39,594 bases of DNA from Alphaproteobacteria bacterium. Lineage in GTDB: Bacteria; Pseudomonadota; Alphaproteobacteria; ATCC43930; CGMCC-115725. The position numbers were made by a program, and so were the translations under genes. Each line of letters opens with the position of its first letter. Positions within the stretch are counted from its first letter, which is position 1. The stretch spans positions 1 through 39,594 of the forward strand of contig JAFMSA010000001.1 of the NCBI GenBank assembly GCA_017353855.1, read 5' to 3'. The notes beneath the pieces were generated by a model that did no database searches, had not been told where the DNA came from, and worked only from the letters and a program-made list of their open reading frames with translations. Positions 9,141-18,863 of this stretch are shown one piece after another.

Positions 9141-10706
9141 GTGAAAACCGCTGCCCCGAGGCCTGCCGCCAACAGGGCCGCGCTGACGCTTTCGATCATG
9201 CTGGCGAACATTATGCAGGGGCTCGACACGACGATCGCCAACGTGGCGCTACCCCACATTCGCGGCAGCCTCTCGGCGTCGCTCGACCAGATATCGTGGG
9301 TCCTGACCTCCTATATTGTCGCGGCGGCCATCACAATGCCGCTGACCGGCTGGCTAGCTGGCCGCTTTGGCATCAAACACATCTTCCTCCTGTCGGTCGG
9401 AGGCTTCACGCTCGCCTCGGCGCTGTGCGGCAGTGCCACCAACCTGAGCGAGCTGGTGATCTATCGCGGGTTGCAAGGGATCTTTGGCGCCGGGCTTATC
9501 CCTCTGTCACAAGCAACTTTGCTGCAGATAAACCCGCCGGAGCGGCACGGCCAGGCGATGGCGGTATTCGGTGTGGGGACCTTACTGGGCCCGATCTGCG
9601 GGCCCGTTCTCGGCGGCTGGCTGACCTACGACTACAACTGGCGCTGGGTCTTCTACATCAATTTGCCGGTCGGGCTGATCGCCGGTTTCGGCGCACTGAT
9701 CTTCATGCGCGAAATGCGCCACGCCCGGCGTGAGCCATTCGACTTTCTGGGCTTTGCGACTTTAAGCCTGGGGATCGGCGCGTTGCAGATGTTGCTCGAC
9801 CGCGGCGAACTGAAAGACTGGTTCGGCTCGATCGAGATCTGGGTCGAGGCGACGATCTCCAGCGTCGCCTTCTACCTCTTCATTGTCCACACCGCTACGG
9901 CGACAGACCGCTCGTTCCTCAACCGAGACCTATTGAAAAATCTCAATTTTACGGTCGGAACCGTGCTGATGTTCATGGTGGGACTCATCATGAACGGCAC
10001 CTTGGCGCTGTTGCCGACGATGCTGCAGGATTTGATGAACTATCCGGTGCTGACGACCGGCCTCGTAACAGCACCGCGCGGCATCGGCTCGATGATCGCG
10101 ATGTTCGTCGTGGCGCGGGCGATCGGCCGTGTCGACAACCGGCTGATCATCTTGTTCGGCTTGCTGCTGACCGCGGGCTCGATGTGGCAAATGACCGGGT
10201 TCTCGCTCTACATGGGGATGGGGCCGGTGGTCACGTCCGGCTTGCTGCAGGGGTTTGGTCTCGGTTGTACGTTCGTGCCGTTGAACACGATCGCACTGGC
10301 AAACCTGCCGCGGCATATACTGACGCAAGGAACCGCCCTGCGCAGCCTGATGCGCAATCTCGGCGGCAGCGTCGGGATCTCGATCCTCGAGGCAAAATTG
10401 ACGGAGAATATTCAGGCGGTGCATTCCCGGCTTGTCGAGCAATTGCGGCCGGATAATCCGCTGGCGCGGGCGCCGCACCTCGCCGCTCCGTTCAGCCTGA
10501 CGGATCCGGCCGGCATCGCTGCGCTTAACGCCGAAGTGACCCGACAGGCTTCGATGGTCGCCTACCTCAACGATTTTGCGCTGATGATGATCATGGCGCT
10601 CGGCTCCTGCCTGGTTTTGCTGCTGCTGCGCCGGCCGCCCGGCCCCGCAACCAAGGCCGTGATCCCCGTTGGCGGCGCGGGGATGCGGCCGGGCCCAGCC
10701 GACTAG
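9141..10706 (+). CDS. emrB: MFS transporter, DHA2 (EmrB/QacA) family
   Basis: 521 aa with EmrB-like motifs (LDTTIANVALPHI, GRFGIKHIF, WRWVFYINLPVG). GTG start, with AGAGG 7 nt upstream. Confidence 0.9.
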   Translation: MKTAAPRPAANRAALTLSIMLANIMQGLDTTIANVALPHIRGSLSASLDQISWVLTSYIVAAAITMPLTGWLAGRFGIKHIFLLSVGGFTLASALCGSATNLSELVIYRGLQGIFGAGLIPLSQATLLQINPPERHGQAMAVFGVGTLLGPICGPVLGGWLTYDYNWRWVFYINLPVGLIAGFGALIFMREMRHARREPFDFLGFATLSLGIGALQMLLDRGELKDWFGSIEIWVEATISSVAFYLFIVHTATATDRSFLNRDLLKNLNFTVGTVLMFMVGLIMNGTLALLPTMLQDLMNYPVLTTGLVTAPRGIGSMIAMFVVARAIGRVDNRLIILFGLLLTAGSMWQMTGFSLYMGMGPVVTSGLLQGFGLGCTFVPLNTIALANLPRHILTQGTALRSLMRNLGGSVGISILEAKLTENIQAVHSRLVEQLRPDNPLARAPHLAAPFSLTDPAGIAALNAEVTRQASMVAYLNDFALMMIMALGSCLVLLLLRRPPGPATKAVIPVGGAGMRPGPAD

Positions 10707-10889
10707 CCGCGGGCTCGGAGGGGTCGACTGCCACAGTCGTCAGCGCCGGCGCCGGGTCTGGAGGCGCCCCACATGTCGGTAAATCCCCAAACCAACTTTG
10801 TTGCACAGATCGGGTCGTTTGGCACGAGGAGCGGACGCCAGAGAGAAGGGCGCACGCTCTCCTGACCGGACAATCACATGTCATTTAAA

Positions 10890-11470
10890 TTCAATGCGAA
10901 CCGAGACAGCCGTCATACCTCTCGGCAGCGGCACCAACGAATTGGGCGGCTTATGACCTCGCGGTGCGTCAGCACGGGAGCTTTATCGGATGGCTCACTG
11001 ACGCAGCGATTGCGGCGTGGAAGGCCGAGCCCCACGCGGCGAGCCAACCTTCAGCTATTTCGTTGCCTCGATGACCTCCGCTTGGTTCCGACGGAAGCGT
11101 GTCGCCCGGTTGATCTTGCAGCGACTGGAAAGCGGAAGACGCCATTCGCCGATCTACATTGGCTCTGCGACCGGCGATGAGTTCGGTTGGGAGCCGCTCT
11201 ATGAGGAGTACCAGCGAAAACTGCCCCTGATGCGGCTACAAATATCAGTTGGTCCCCGAGATCGGGAAGCACAATGGAAAGCCGCCCTCGCCGCCGGCAG
11301 TGGGGCCGCTGCGCAGAGAGGTCCGCACGCACCGCTGAGAACCGGGTCGCCAATTTGGAACACACCGATCGACGCGTCTACCAGCAGGACGGCGCTGAGC
11401 TGACTTGCCGGTCCTTGCGGGTCCGTCAACCGGCGACTGACTGCCTTCATGCGGACCCAGCCCAAATTAA
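10890..11470 (+). mobile_element. IS5-family (DDE) transposase remnant, multiply frameshifted
   Basis: The frame from 10940 reads NWAAYDLAVRQHGSFIGWLTDAAIAAWKAEP and then stops. This matches the IS5-group N-terminal motif as I remember it. Weaker pieces in other frames (ADLHWLCDRR, IYIGSATG..FGW, LQISVG) follow. No start codon and no intact ORF. Confidence 0.5.
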
Positions 11471-11552
11471 TCCATCTCTAGGAGTGTTACGACCAGACCT
11501 GTCTCGTCCGGTCCCGTCCTCCATTAGCGCAGTAGTGCATTGCGATCGCCAT

Positions 11553-12160
11553 TGGACCGTTTTCACTGTGCTGGTGATCCAGGCGGCGCCGCGCAACTGG
11601 CACGTGACGGGTGGTGTTATTGTGGTACCGCTCTCGGTGCCGATCGCGATTCTGCAACTGTCGTTTCTCGACAATAGCATAACGCCGGGCCGCATCGCCG
11701 CCACGATCGGCCTGCTGATCGACGAGGTCATCGTCATGATCGAGCACATCGCTCACCCAGGGGAAGCGGCGGTGCTTCCCGCGGCCAGGGAGTCCTTTTC
11801 CCCGCCGTTCGGGTCGATTCTCGCGACGATCATCAATTTTCTGCCGCCGGCTTTTCTTTCCGGCGTCCTTGGCTCACCGGAGGCTCACCGGGGAGAGCTC
11901 AATATCGGTGATGGTGGCCATCGCGACGATCACTGGCATCGGCACTGAAATGGCGATCTTACTCCTCGGCGCGTACCAGGCCCTGGCGGAGACGGCCGCG
12001 CCAGGTGGCCTACGAAGCAGCGAGCACCCTCGCGATGATTCTCGCGCTGTTGCCGCTGGCTGCGGCGATCAGCGGCTCAGGCGACCAGCTGCTGCAGCCG
12101 CTCGCAATCGCCCTCATCGCCGGAATTGCCGTACTGTTGCCGCTCGTTTGGCTCGACCGC
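11553..12160 (+). pseudogene. RND (AcrB/CzcA-type) efflux pump remnant with a large internal deletion
   Basis: VIVVPLSVPIA..ATIGLLIDEVIVMIEHI resembles the TM4-5 region. After frameshifts, LAMILALLPLAA..GDQLLQPLAIALIAGIAVLLPLV resembles the C-terminal TM11-12. About 0.6 kb remains of an expected ~3 kb. Confidence 0.6.
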
Positions 12161-12613
12161 AATCAGACTTACGATCCCGGAGTAAGGCAATTCGCACCGC
12201 GGGTCTGGCTTGGTCCTCTGCTCCTTGGCGATGCGAACAGACGCATCAGCCAAGGCAGCATTGGCCCCGGTTTTTATGGCCGGCCGAGCGTATTCCCGAG
12301 GTTTGCGGTGTTTGCGAGCGCTACCTAACCTGCGCCGTGTCCTGCCCCAGGTCTCGGCGAGCACCTGAAGAGATCGTCCGGTGACCCGTTTCCCGGCGCA
12401 GGGCTGCAACCTACATCGCTGAGCAATCAAGCCGTTACGTCGCCTTCCGGACTATGATCGCCATAGAGCCGCTCAAGTAAATGCACGTTCATCCGGCTGC
12501 GGATCATGCAGTGCAGTCAGCACCGCGTCGCAGCCTGCCGCTCGCAAGAGTTCTCTCGCCGAGCCGCGGTTGCGTCGCGGAGAAGCGGCAATTCCCCGTT
12601 TGCCGGAGTTGGG

Positions 12614-13282
12614 TTACAGGGCCGGGGCGCGCAGCGGGCGCAAGTCCGGGGCGGCATGCAGTGGCGCTTCGGTCTTGGCCTGCAGCGTCCGGAAATCGAT
12701 GTCGTCGACCAGTTCGCGCACGACAAGGCCCGCTGAGGTCACGTCGATCACCGCAAGGTCGGTGTAAATGCGGCGCACGACGCCGGCGGCGGTCAACGGA
12801 TAGCCGCACTGTCGACGGATGCGCGGTGCACCGGCGCGCGTCGTATGTTCGACGAGAACCCGGATTTCCTTCGCGCCGACCGCCAGATCCATCGCTCCGC
12901 CGACCCCCGGAGGGAAGTTCGGATCGTCCGTCGTCCAGTTCGCGAGATCGCCCTTCTGCGACACCTCGAAGGCGCCGAGCAATGCAAGATCGAGATGCCC
13001 TCCGCGGATCATCAGAAACGAATCGGTGTGATGCACATAGCTGCCGCCGGTCAGCAGCGTGACCGGCTGCTTGCCGGCGTTGACCAGGTCCCAGTCGACC
13101 TCGTTGTCGCCCGGCGCCGGTCCGACCCCGAGCACGCCGTTCTCGCTGTGCAAGACGATCTCGCGATCGGCGGGAAGAACATCGGCAACCAGCGTCGGCA
13201 ATCCGATCCCGAGGTTCACATAGGCGCCGTCGACGAGGTCCTGCGCGGCCCGCCAGGCGATTTGACGACGTTTCAGCGGCAT
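12614..13282 (-). CDS. 3-oxoacid CoA-transferase subunit B
   Basis: 222 aa with family motifs (YVNLGIGLPT, SENG, GGAMDL). ATG start with a GAGAGGAGGAG Shine-Dalgarno. Confidence 0.92.
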   Translation of the reverse strand: MPLKRRQIAWRAAQDLVDGAYVNLGIGLPTLVADVLPADREIVLHSENGVLGVGPAPGDNEVDWDLVNAGKQPVTLLTGGSYVHHTDSFLMIRGGHLDLALLGAFEVSQKGDLANWTTDDPNFPPGVGGAMDLAVGAKEIRVLVEHTTRAGAPRIRRQCGYPLTAAGVVRRIYTDLAVIDVTSAGLVVRELVDDIDFRTLQAKTEAPLHAAPDLRPLRAPAL

Positions 13283-13295
13283 CCGGCTCCTCCTC

Positions 13296-13961
13296 TCAGG
13301 CGGGAACTTCGACGAGGCGATCGACGAAAATACCGGGGGTGATGACCGTCTCGGGATCGATTTCTCCCAACTCCACGAAATGGCGCACCTGCGCGATCGA
13401 CAGACTCGCCGCCATTGCCATCGTCGGGTTGAAATTGCGCGCGGATTTTCGATAGCTCAGGTTGCCCCAGCGGTCGCCGCGGTCGGCCGCGAGCAATGCG
13501 ACGTCGCCCTTGAGCGGCTTTTCCAGCACATACATGCGGCCGTCGATCTCACGGTGCTCCTTGCCCTCGGCGAGCCTGGTCCCCACTGACACCGGCGAAT
13601 AAAAGCCGCCGAGCCCGGCGGCGGCGCAACGCATCCGCTCGCTGATGATGCCCTGCGGCACGAGTTCGAGTTCAATGCGGCCCGCGGCATAGAGCTCCTC
13701 GAACACCACGGACCCGGAACTGCGAGGGAACGAGCAGATGATCCGCTTGACACGGCCCGTCGCAAGCAGTGCGGCGAGCCCGGTCCGCCCGGTCCCCGCA
13801 TTGTTGGCGACGATCGTCAGATCGCGCGCGCCCTGCTCGATGACCGCCTCACATAACGCGTCCGGGAGCCCAGCACCGCCAAATCCCGCGCACAGGATTG
13901 TCGCGCCATCGGGGATCCCCGCCACCGCGTCGGCAAGGCTGCGCACCCGCTTGTCGATCAT
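13296..13961 (-). CDS. 3-oxoacid CoA-transferase subunit A
   Basis: 221 aa (GFGGAGLP, LELVPQG, NFNP). The start abuts the upstream stop (TAGATG). Confidence 0.92.
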   Translation of the reverse strand: MIDKRVRSLADAVAGIPDGATILCAGFGGAGLPDALCEAVIEQGARDLTIVANNAGTGRTGLAALLATGRVKRIICSFPRSSGSVVFEELYAAGRIELELVPQGIISERMRCAAAGLGGFYSPVSVGTRLAEGKEHREIDGRMYVLEKPLKGDVALLAADRGDRWGNLSYRKSARNFNPTMAMAASLSIAQVRHFVELGEIDPETVITPGIFVDRLVEVPA

Positions 13962-14897
13962 CTAGAATCCAACCTTATCGCCGCCCTTGAGTGCCAACAT
14001 CGCGCGGGCCTCGTCGGGTGTCGCAATCTCAAGCGACAAATTTTCGATGATCGACCGCACGCAGCTGACCTGGTCGGCATTACTGCGGGCGAGCTTGCCT
14101 CTGCCGATCCACAGCGAATCTTCAAGGCCGACCCGGACGTTGCCGCCCATGATGGCGCCCATCGATACGAGCGGCAGTTGGTGACGGCCGGCAGCGAGAA
14201 TCGACCAGGCGTATGAGTCGCCAAAGAGCTTGTCGGCAATCCGCTTCATATGGACGACATTCTCCGGATCCGTTCCGATCCCGCCGAGAATGCCGAAGAT
14301 CGTCTGGACGAACAGCGGCGGTTTGACAAGCCCACGGTCGAGGAAATGCGCCAGGTTGTATAGGTGCCCGACGTCGTAGCACTCGAATTCGAAGCGGGTA
14401 CCGCAGCCCTCCCCTAACTCCTTTAGGATCCGCTCGATGTCGGCGAAAGTGTTGCGAAAGATGAAGTCGCGCGTCATCTCGAGGTGCCGCGCTTCCCAAG
14501 GATACCTGAATTCCTTGTACTTCTCGAGCAGCGGAAACAGCCCGAAATTCATCGAGCCCATATTGAGCGAACACATTTCCGGCTTGGCGCGCAACGGGGC
14601 GGCAAGCCTTTCCTCGAGCGTCATCCCGTGCCCGCCGCCAGTCGTGATGTTGACGACCGCGCCGGTCGACTGCTTGATGCGGGGCAGGAATTGCATGAAC
14701 ACGTCCGGATCCGGGGTCGGCCGCCCGTCCTTCGGATCACGGGCATGAAGATGCAGGATCGCAGCGCCGGCTTCCGCAGCGGCGATCGCGTCGCGCGCGA
14801 CCTCGTCCGGCGTCAGCGGCAGATAAGGGCTCATCGTCGGGGTATGAATCGACCCGGTGACGGCGCAGGTGATGACGACCTTGCCACGCAGAGGCAT
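13962..14897 (-). CDS. beta-keto acid cleavage enzyme (BKACE / 3-keto-5-aminohexanoate cleavage family, DUF849)
   Basis: VVITCAVTGSIHTPTMSPYLPLTPDE..AILHLHARDP..GGNVRVGLEDS are BKACE signatures. I trimmed to the ATG at 14897, which has a strong GGAGGAGG Shine-Dalgarno. Confidence 0.88.
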   Translation of the reverse strand: MPLRGKVVITCAVTGSIHTPTMSPYLPLTPDEVARDAIAAAEAGAAILHLHARDPKDGRPTPDPDVFMQFLPRIKQSTGAVVNITTGGGHGMTLEERLAAPLRAKPEMCSLNMGSMNFGLFPLLEKYKEFRYPWEARHLEMTRDFIFRNTFADIERILKELGEGCGTRFEFECYDVGHLYNLAHFLDRGLVKPPLFVQTIFGILGGIGTDPENVVHMKRIADKLFGDSYAWSILAAGRHQLPLVSMGAIMGGNVRVGLEDSLWIGRGKLARSNADQVSCVRSIIENLSLEIATPDEARAMLALKGGDKVGF

Positions 14898-15374
14898 CTT
14901 GCTCCTCCCCTCCTCCTCTCCGCCCCATAATGGCCGAGTTTGCGCCGCAGGTGGTGCGTCTTTTTTGCCCCCGAAATCGCAGCCGGTGCTTCCGCAATTT
15001 GAAATTGATCCAGCCTGCAACCACAAATAAGTGTAGATCTCGCTTTAGTTTAACGCTCGTGGCTTCCTTCAAAAGTAAATAGCTACTATCCCGCGAGTTC
15101 GTGATCAGATGATCGTCACCATCGCCGCTGCCCGGTCGCCGGCGCTGCGTTAACCCAGCGCCGCGCCTTCCGGTTCGCCACGCATACTCCCGGCTGGTTC
15201 ACTCCGATCCGCTAGCTCAGCAAAGCGAGCGCAAGGGTTTGTACCGGCTCAACGATCGATGCCGCGCTTGTACGCGCGGCGGCTCGGCTCTCACCTACAC
15301 CGGCTTGACGAGGCACCCCGAGGCTGGCAGGGTCCGCAAACAGCCTGCCGATAAGCGGGCGCACGGGAGGATAA

Positions 15375-16199
15375 ATGCGGGAGGCGTCGGCGGGTGTTTT
15401 GCCGGCTAGCGGACAGAGCGCCGGGTGCTTGCTTGAAGTGCGCGACGTGGCGCTGCGGTTCGGCGGCATCGTCGCGCTCGACGGCGTTTCTTTCGAACTC
15501 GCCGAAGGGCAAATCCTCGGCCTCATCGGGCCAAACGGCGCCGGAAAGACGACGCTCTTCAACTGCTTGTCGCGGCTCTATACGCCGAGCCGCGGCGACA
15601 TCCTGTTCGAAGGCCGCTCGCTGCTCGCACGCCCGGCGCACCGGATTGCCGAACTCGGCATCGCGCGCACGTTCCAGAACCTCGCCCTGTTCCCGCACCA
15701 ATCGGTTCTGGACAATGTACGTATCGGCGCTCACGCCTGCAGCAGCAGCGATTACCTCAGCGATCTGCTGGGCCTGCCGTGGGTGCGGCGGCAAGAGCGG
15801 GCGCTGGAGAGCGGCGCCCGGGCGCTGCTCGAACTGCTCGATCTCGGACCCGTCGCGCATGCGGTGCCGGAAGGGTTGCCGCTCGGCACCCGTAAGCGCG
15901 TCGAGCTGGCGCGCGCGCTGGCGGCACACCCGAAGCTGCTGCTGCTCGATGAGCCCGCAGGCGGGCTTAACCATGAGGAGGTGGCGGAGCTCGGCGCGCT
16001 GATCGGGCGTATCCGCAGCAGCCGTCGCATGACTGTGCTGCTCGTCGAGCACCACATGAACCTCGTCATGTCGATTTCCGACACGGTCGTCGCGCTTGAT
16101 TTCGGGCGCAAGATCGCGGAGGGCACGCCGGCCGAGGTGCAGCGCGACGAGGCCGTCATCCTCGCCTATCTCGGAAAGCCGCGGAACGAGCGGCAATGA
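15375..16199 (+). CDS. livG: branched-chain amino acid-type ABC transporter ATPase (LivG-like)
   Basis: Walker A GPNGAGKTT, signature, Walker B LLLLDEPAGG and a LivG-type C-terminus. A GGAGGA Shine-Dalgarno is present. Confidence 0.92.
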   Translation: MREASAGVLPASGQSAGCLLEVRDVALRFGGIVALDGVSFELAEGQILGLIGPNGAGKTTLFNCLSRLYTPSRGDILFEGRSLLARPAHRIAELGIARTFQNLALFPHQSVLDNVRIGAHACSSSDYLSDLLGLPWVRRQERALESGARALLELLDLGPVAHAVPEGLPLGTRKRVELARALAAHPKLLLLDEPAGGLNHEEVAELGALIGRIRSSRRMTVLLVEHHMNLVMSISDTVVALDFGRKIAEGTPAEVQRDEAVILAYLGKPRNERQ

Positions 16200-16903
16200 T
16201 GCTCGAGGTGCGCAGCCTCCACGCCTATTACGGCCAGAACGAAGCGTTGCACGGTATCGAGTTTGCGCTTCCCGAGGGCGGCATGGTGGCCCTGCTCGGG
16301 GCCAACGGCGCCGGCAAGACGACAACGCTGCGGGCGGTGTGCGGCATGGTGAGGACGACCGGCGAGATCCGCTTCGACGGCACGTCGATCGCCGGCCGCA
16401 CGACCGAGGAAATCGTGCGGCTCGGAATCGCCCATGTGCCAGAGGGACGCGGCACCTTCGTGCGCATGTCGGTCGAAGAAAACCTCCAATTAGGCGCGAT
16501 GAGCCGCCGTGACCGTGCCGCGATCGTCCGCGACGTGGACTGGATCTACGAGCGCTTCCCACGCCTCAGAGAACGTCGCCGGCAGCAGGCCGGTCTGCTC
16601 TCCGGCGGCGAGCAGCAGATGCTCGCGGTCGGCCGCGCGCTGATGTTGCGTCCCCGGCTGATGCTGCTCGATGAGCCGTCGTTCGGGCTGGCCCCGCTCG
16701 TCGTCGAGGAACTGTTCGCGATCCTCGCCGGCCTCAACCGCGAGACCGGCGTCGGCATGCTCATCGTCGAGCAGAACGCCGAGCTCGCGCTCGAACTGGC
16801 CGAGCGCGCCTATCTGCTGGAGACCGGGCGGATCGTTTTTGCAGGCCCGGCGAGCGAGATCCGCGAAGACGAAGCGGTGCGCCGCGCGTATCTGGGGTAC
16901 TGA
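16196..16903 (+). CDS. livF: branched-chain amino acid-type ABC transporter ATPase (LivF-like)
   Basis: GANGAGKTT, LSGGEQQML, LMLLDEPS. It overlaps livG by 4 nt. Confidence 0.92.
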   Translation: MMLEVRSLHAYYGQNEALHGIEFALPEGGMVALLGANGAGKTTTLRAVCGMVRTTGEIRFDGTSIAGRTTEEIVRLGIAHVPEGRGTFVRMSVEENLQLGAMSRRDRAAIVRDVDWIYERFPRLRERRRQQAGLLSGGEQQMLAVGRALMLRPRLMLLDEPSFGLAPLVVEELFAILAGLNRETGVGMLIVEQNAELALELAERAYLLETGRIVFAGPASEIREDEAVRRAYLGY

Positions 16904-16915
16904 CGGGCGTTGCCG

Positions 16916-17794
16916 ATGCAGCTGTTGATCCAAGAAGTACTGGCTGGGCTCGCCAACGGCGCGATCTACGCGTTGACGGCTCTGGCCATCGTGATGGTCT
17001 TCCAGGCGATCGACCATCTCAATTTCGCGCAGGGGGAGATGGCCACATTCTCGACCTTTGTCGCGTGGCAGCTGATTGAGTGGGGGGTGACGTATTGGGC
17101 CGCTTTTGTCCTCACAGTCGCATTGTCCTTCGCCGGCGGCATCGCCATCGAGCGCGTCTTGTTCCGGCCGCTGCACAAGGCGCCGATTCTCGCCCTGCTT
17201 GTCGGGTTCATCGCACTGTTCAGCATCCTGAACAGCGGTGACGGCTACATCTGGAATTATACGATCAAGACGTTCCCGACCCCATTTGGCACCGCGCCTC
17301 TATTCGGTAGCGCATTGCTCGACGGGCATCAAGCCGGGATGATCGGCGTGACCGCCGTGCTGCTCGGCCTTCTCTACTTCTTCTTCCGTGGCACGCGGCT
17401 CGGTCTGGCGATGCGGGCCGCGGCGGCCAATCCGGAATCGGCGCGGCTAGTCGGCATCCGGGTCGGCTGGATGACGGCGCTCGGCTGGGGCATGGCCGCG
17501 GCGATCGGCGCCGTCGGCGGCATGTTGATCGCGCCGATCGTGTTTCTCGACCCGAATATGATGCTCGGCGTGCTGATCTATGGCTTTTCCGGTGCCGTTC
17601 TTGGCGGGCTGACGAGCCCGGGGGGCGCGGTGTTCGGAGGCTTTGCCGTCGGTGTCATCGAGAGTTTGGCCGGCACCTTCATCCCCTATGTCGGTCGCGA
17701 CCTGAACCTGACGATCGCGCTGTTGGTCATCGTCGCGGTGCTGATGGTCCGCCCCACCGGCATCTTTGGCCGCACCGTCGCGAGCCGCGTATGA
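16916..17794 (+). CDS. livH: ABC transporter permease (LivH-like)
   Basis: Polytopic membrane protein of the LivH family. I prefer the ATG at 16916 to the TTG at 16910. Confidence 0.9.
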   Translation: MQLLIQEVLAGLANGAIYALTALAIVMVFQAIDHLNFAQGEMATFSTFVAWQLIEWGVTYWAAFVLTVALSFAGGIAIERVLFRPLHKAPILALLVGFIALFSILNSGDGYIWNYTIKTFPTPFGTAPLFGSALLDGHQAGMIGVTAVLLGLLYFFFRGTRLGLAMRAAAANPESARLVGIRVGWMTALGWGMAAAIGAVGGMLIAPIVFLDPNMMLGVLIYGFSGAVLGGLTSPGGAVFGGFAVGVIESLAGTFIPYVGRDLNLTIALLVIVAVLMVRPTGIFGRTVASRV

Positions 17795-18828
17795 CGACCC
17801 CGCAGCAGGATTCGGGGCCGATTGCGGCTGCCTTCCGGGCGCGCGCCCGCGGGGCTGCGTGGCCGACGCCGCGTCACTGGCTGCTGGCCGGCGCGGTGGC
17901 GGTCGCTCTCGTCTTGCCGTTCTTTCTCCAGGACTTCCTGGTCTTTCAGCTGACCGAGGTGATGATCTATGGGCTGGCGATTCTCGGCCTCAACCTGCTG
18001 ACCGGCTTCAACGGTCAGTTCTCAGTGGGGCACGGCGCATTTTACGGTCTCGGCGCCTATGTCACGGCGATCCTGATGAGCCGTTACGAGGTGCCGTACT
18101 ACTGGACGCTGCCGGCGGCCGGCGGGATCTGTTTCGTGGTCGGCTTCCTGTTCGGCCTGCCGGCGCTGCGGCTCGAAGGGCTCTACCTGGCGCTCGCCAC
18201 CTTCGCGCTCGCCGTCGCGCTGCCGCAGGTATTGAAATTCCATGGTCTCGAAGCCTGGACCGGCGGGGTACAGGGCATTGTCGTCGACCAGCCGGACGCA
18301 CCGAGCTTTCTGCCGATCGGCGAGGATCAATGGCTCTATTATTTTACCCTCGCCGTCGTGCTGATCATGTTCGCCGGCGCCGCCAACATCGTGAAGAGCC
18401 GCACCGGACGCGCCATCATGGCGATCCGCGACCATCCGCTCGCGGCAACCGCCATGGGGATCAATGCGCCGCTCTACAAGACACTGACCTTTGGCGTGAG
18501 TGCGCTCTACACCGGTGTCGCGGGCGCCCTCGGGGCGCTCGCGGTGCAATTTGTCGCTCCGGACAGCTTCGGCCTGTTCTTGTCGATCTATCTGCTCGTC
18601 GGGCTCATCATCGGTGGCATGGGATCGCTGCCGGGGTGCCTGTTCGGGGGCTTGTTTGTGCTTTACGTGCCGAACCTTGCGCAAGAGGTGTCAAGGGGGC
18701 TGGCGGGCGTTGTGTATGGCGTCATCATGCTGCTGGTGATCTTTGTCATGCCGTCCGGCGCCGCGGGATTCACGCGGCTGGTCGTGGCGCGGCTGTCGCG
18801 ATCGGGCCGGCGTGAGCCGCCAAGCTGA
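17791..18828 (+). CDS. livM: ABC transporter permease (LivM-like)
   Basis: 345 aa, LivM-like (GQFSVGHGAFYGLGAY). It overlaps livH by 4 nt. Confidence 0.9.
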   Translation: MTTPQQDSGPIAAAFRARARGAAWPTPRHWLLAGAVAVALVLPFFLQDFLVFQLTEVMIYGLAILGLNLLTGFNGQFSVGHGAFYGLGAYVTAILMSRYEVPYYWTLPAAGGICFVVGFLFGLPALRLEGLYLALATFALAVALPQVLKFHGLEAWTGGVQGIVVDQPDAPSFLPIGEDQWLYYFTLAVVLIMFAGAANIVKSRTGRAIMAIRDHPLAATAMGINAPLYKTLTFGVSALYTGVAGALGALAVQFVAPDSFGLFLSIYLLVGLIIGGMGSLPGCLFGGLFVLYVPNLAQEVSRGLAGVVYGVIMLLVIFVMPSGAAGFTRLVVARLSRSGRREPPS

Positions 18829-18863
18829 AGTCAGCCTTTCGAGTCCGGAAAAGGGAGGTCACC

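Noticed and set aside
15291-16562. 423-aa minus-strand ORF, the longest unassigned ORF in this region
   Set aside because: It lies antisense to livG/livF, is extremely Arg/Ala/Pro-rich with no recognisable domain, and is a typical shadow ORF of a high-GC gene.
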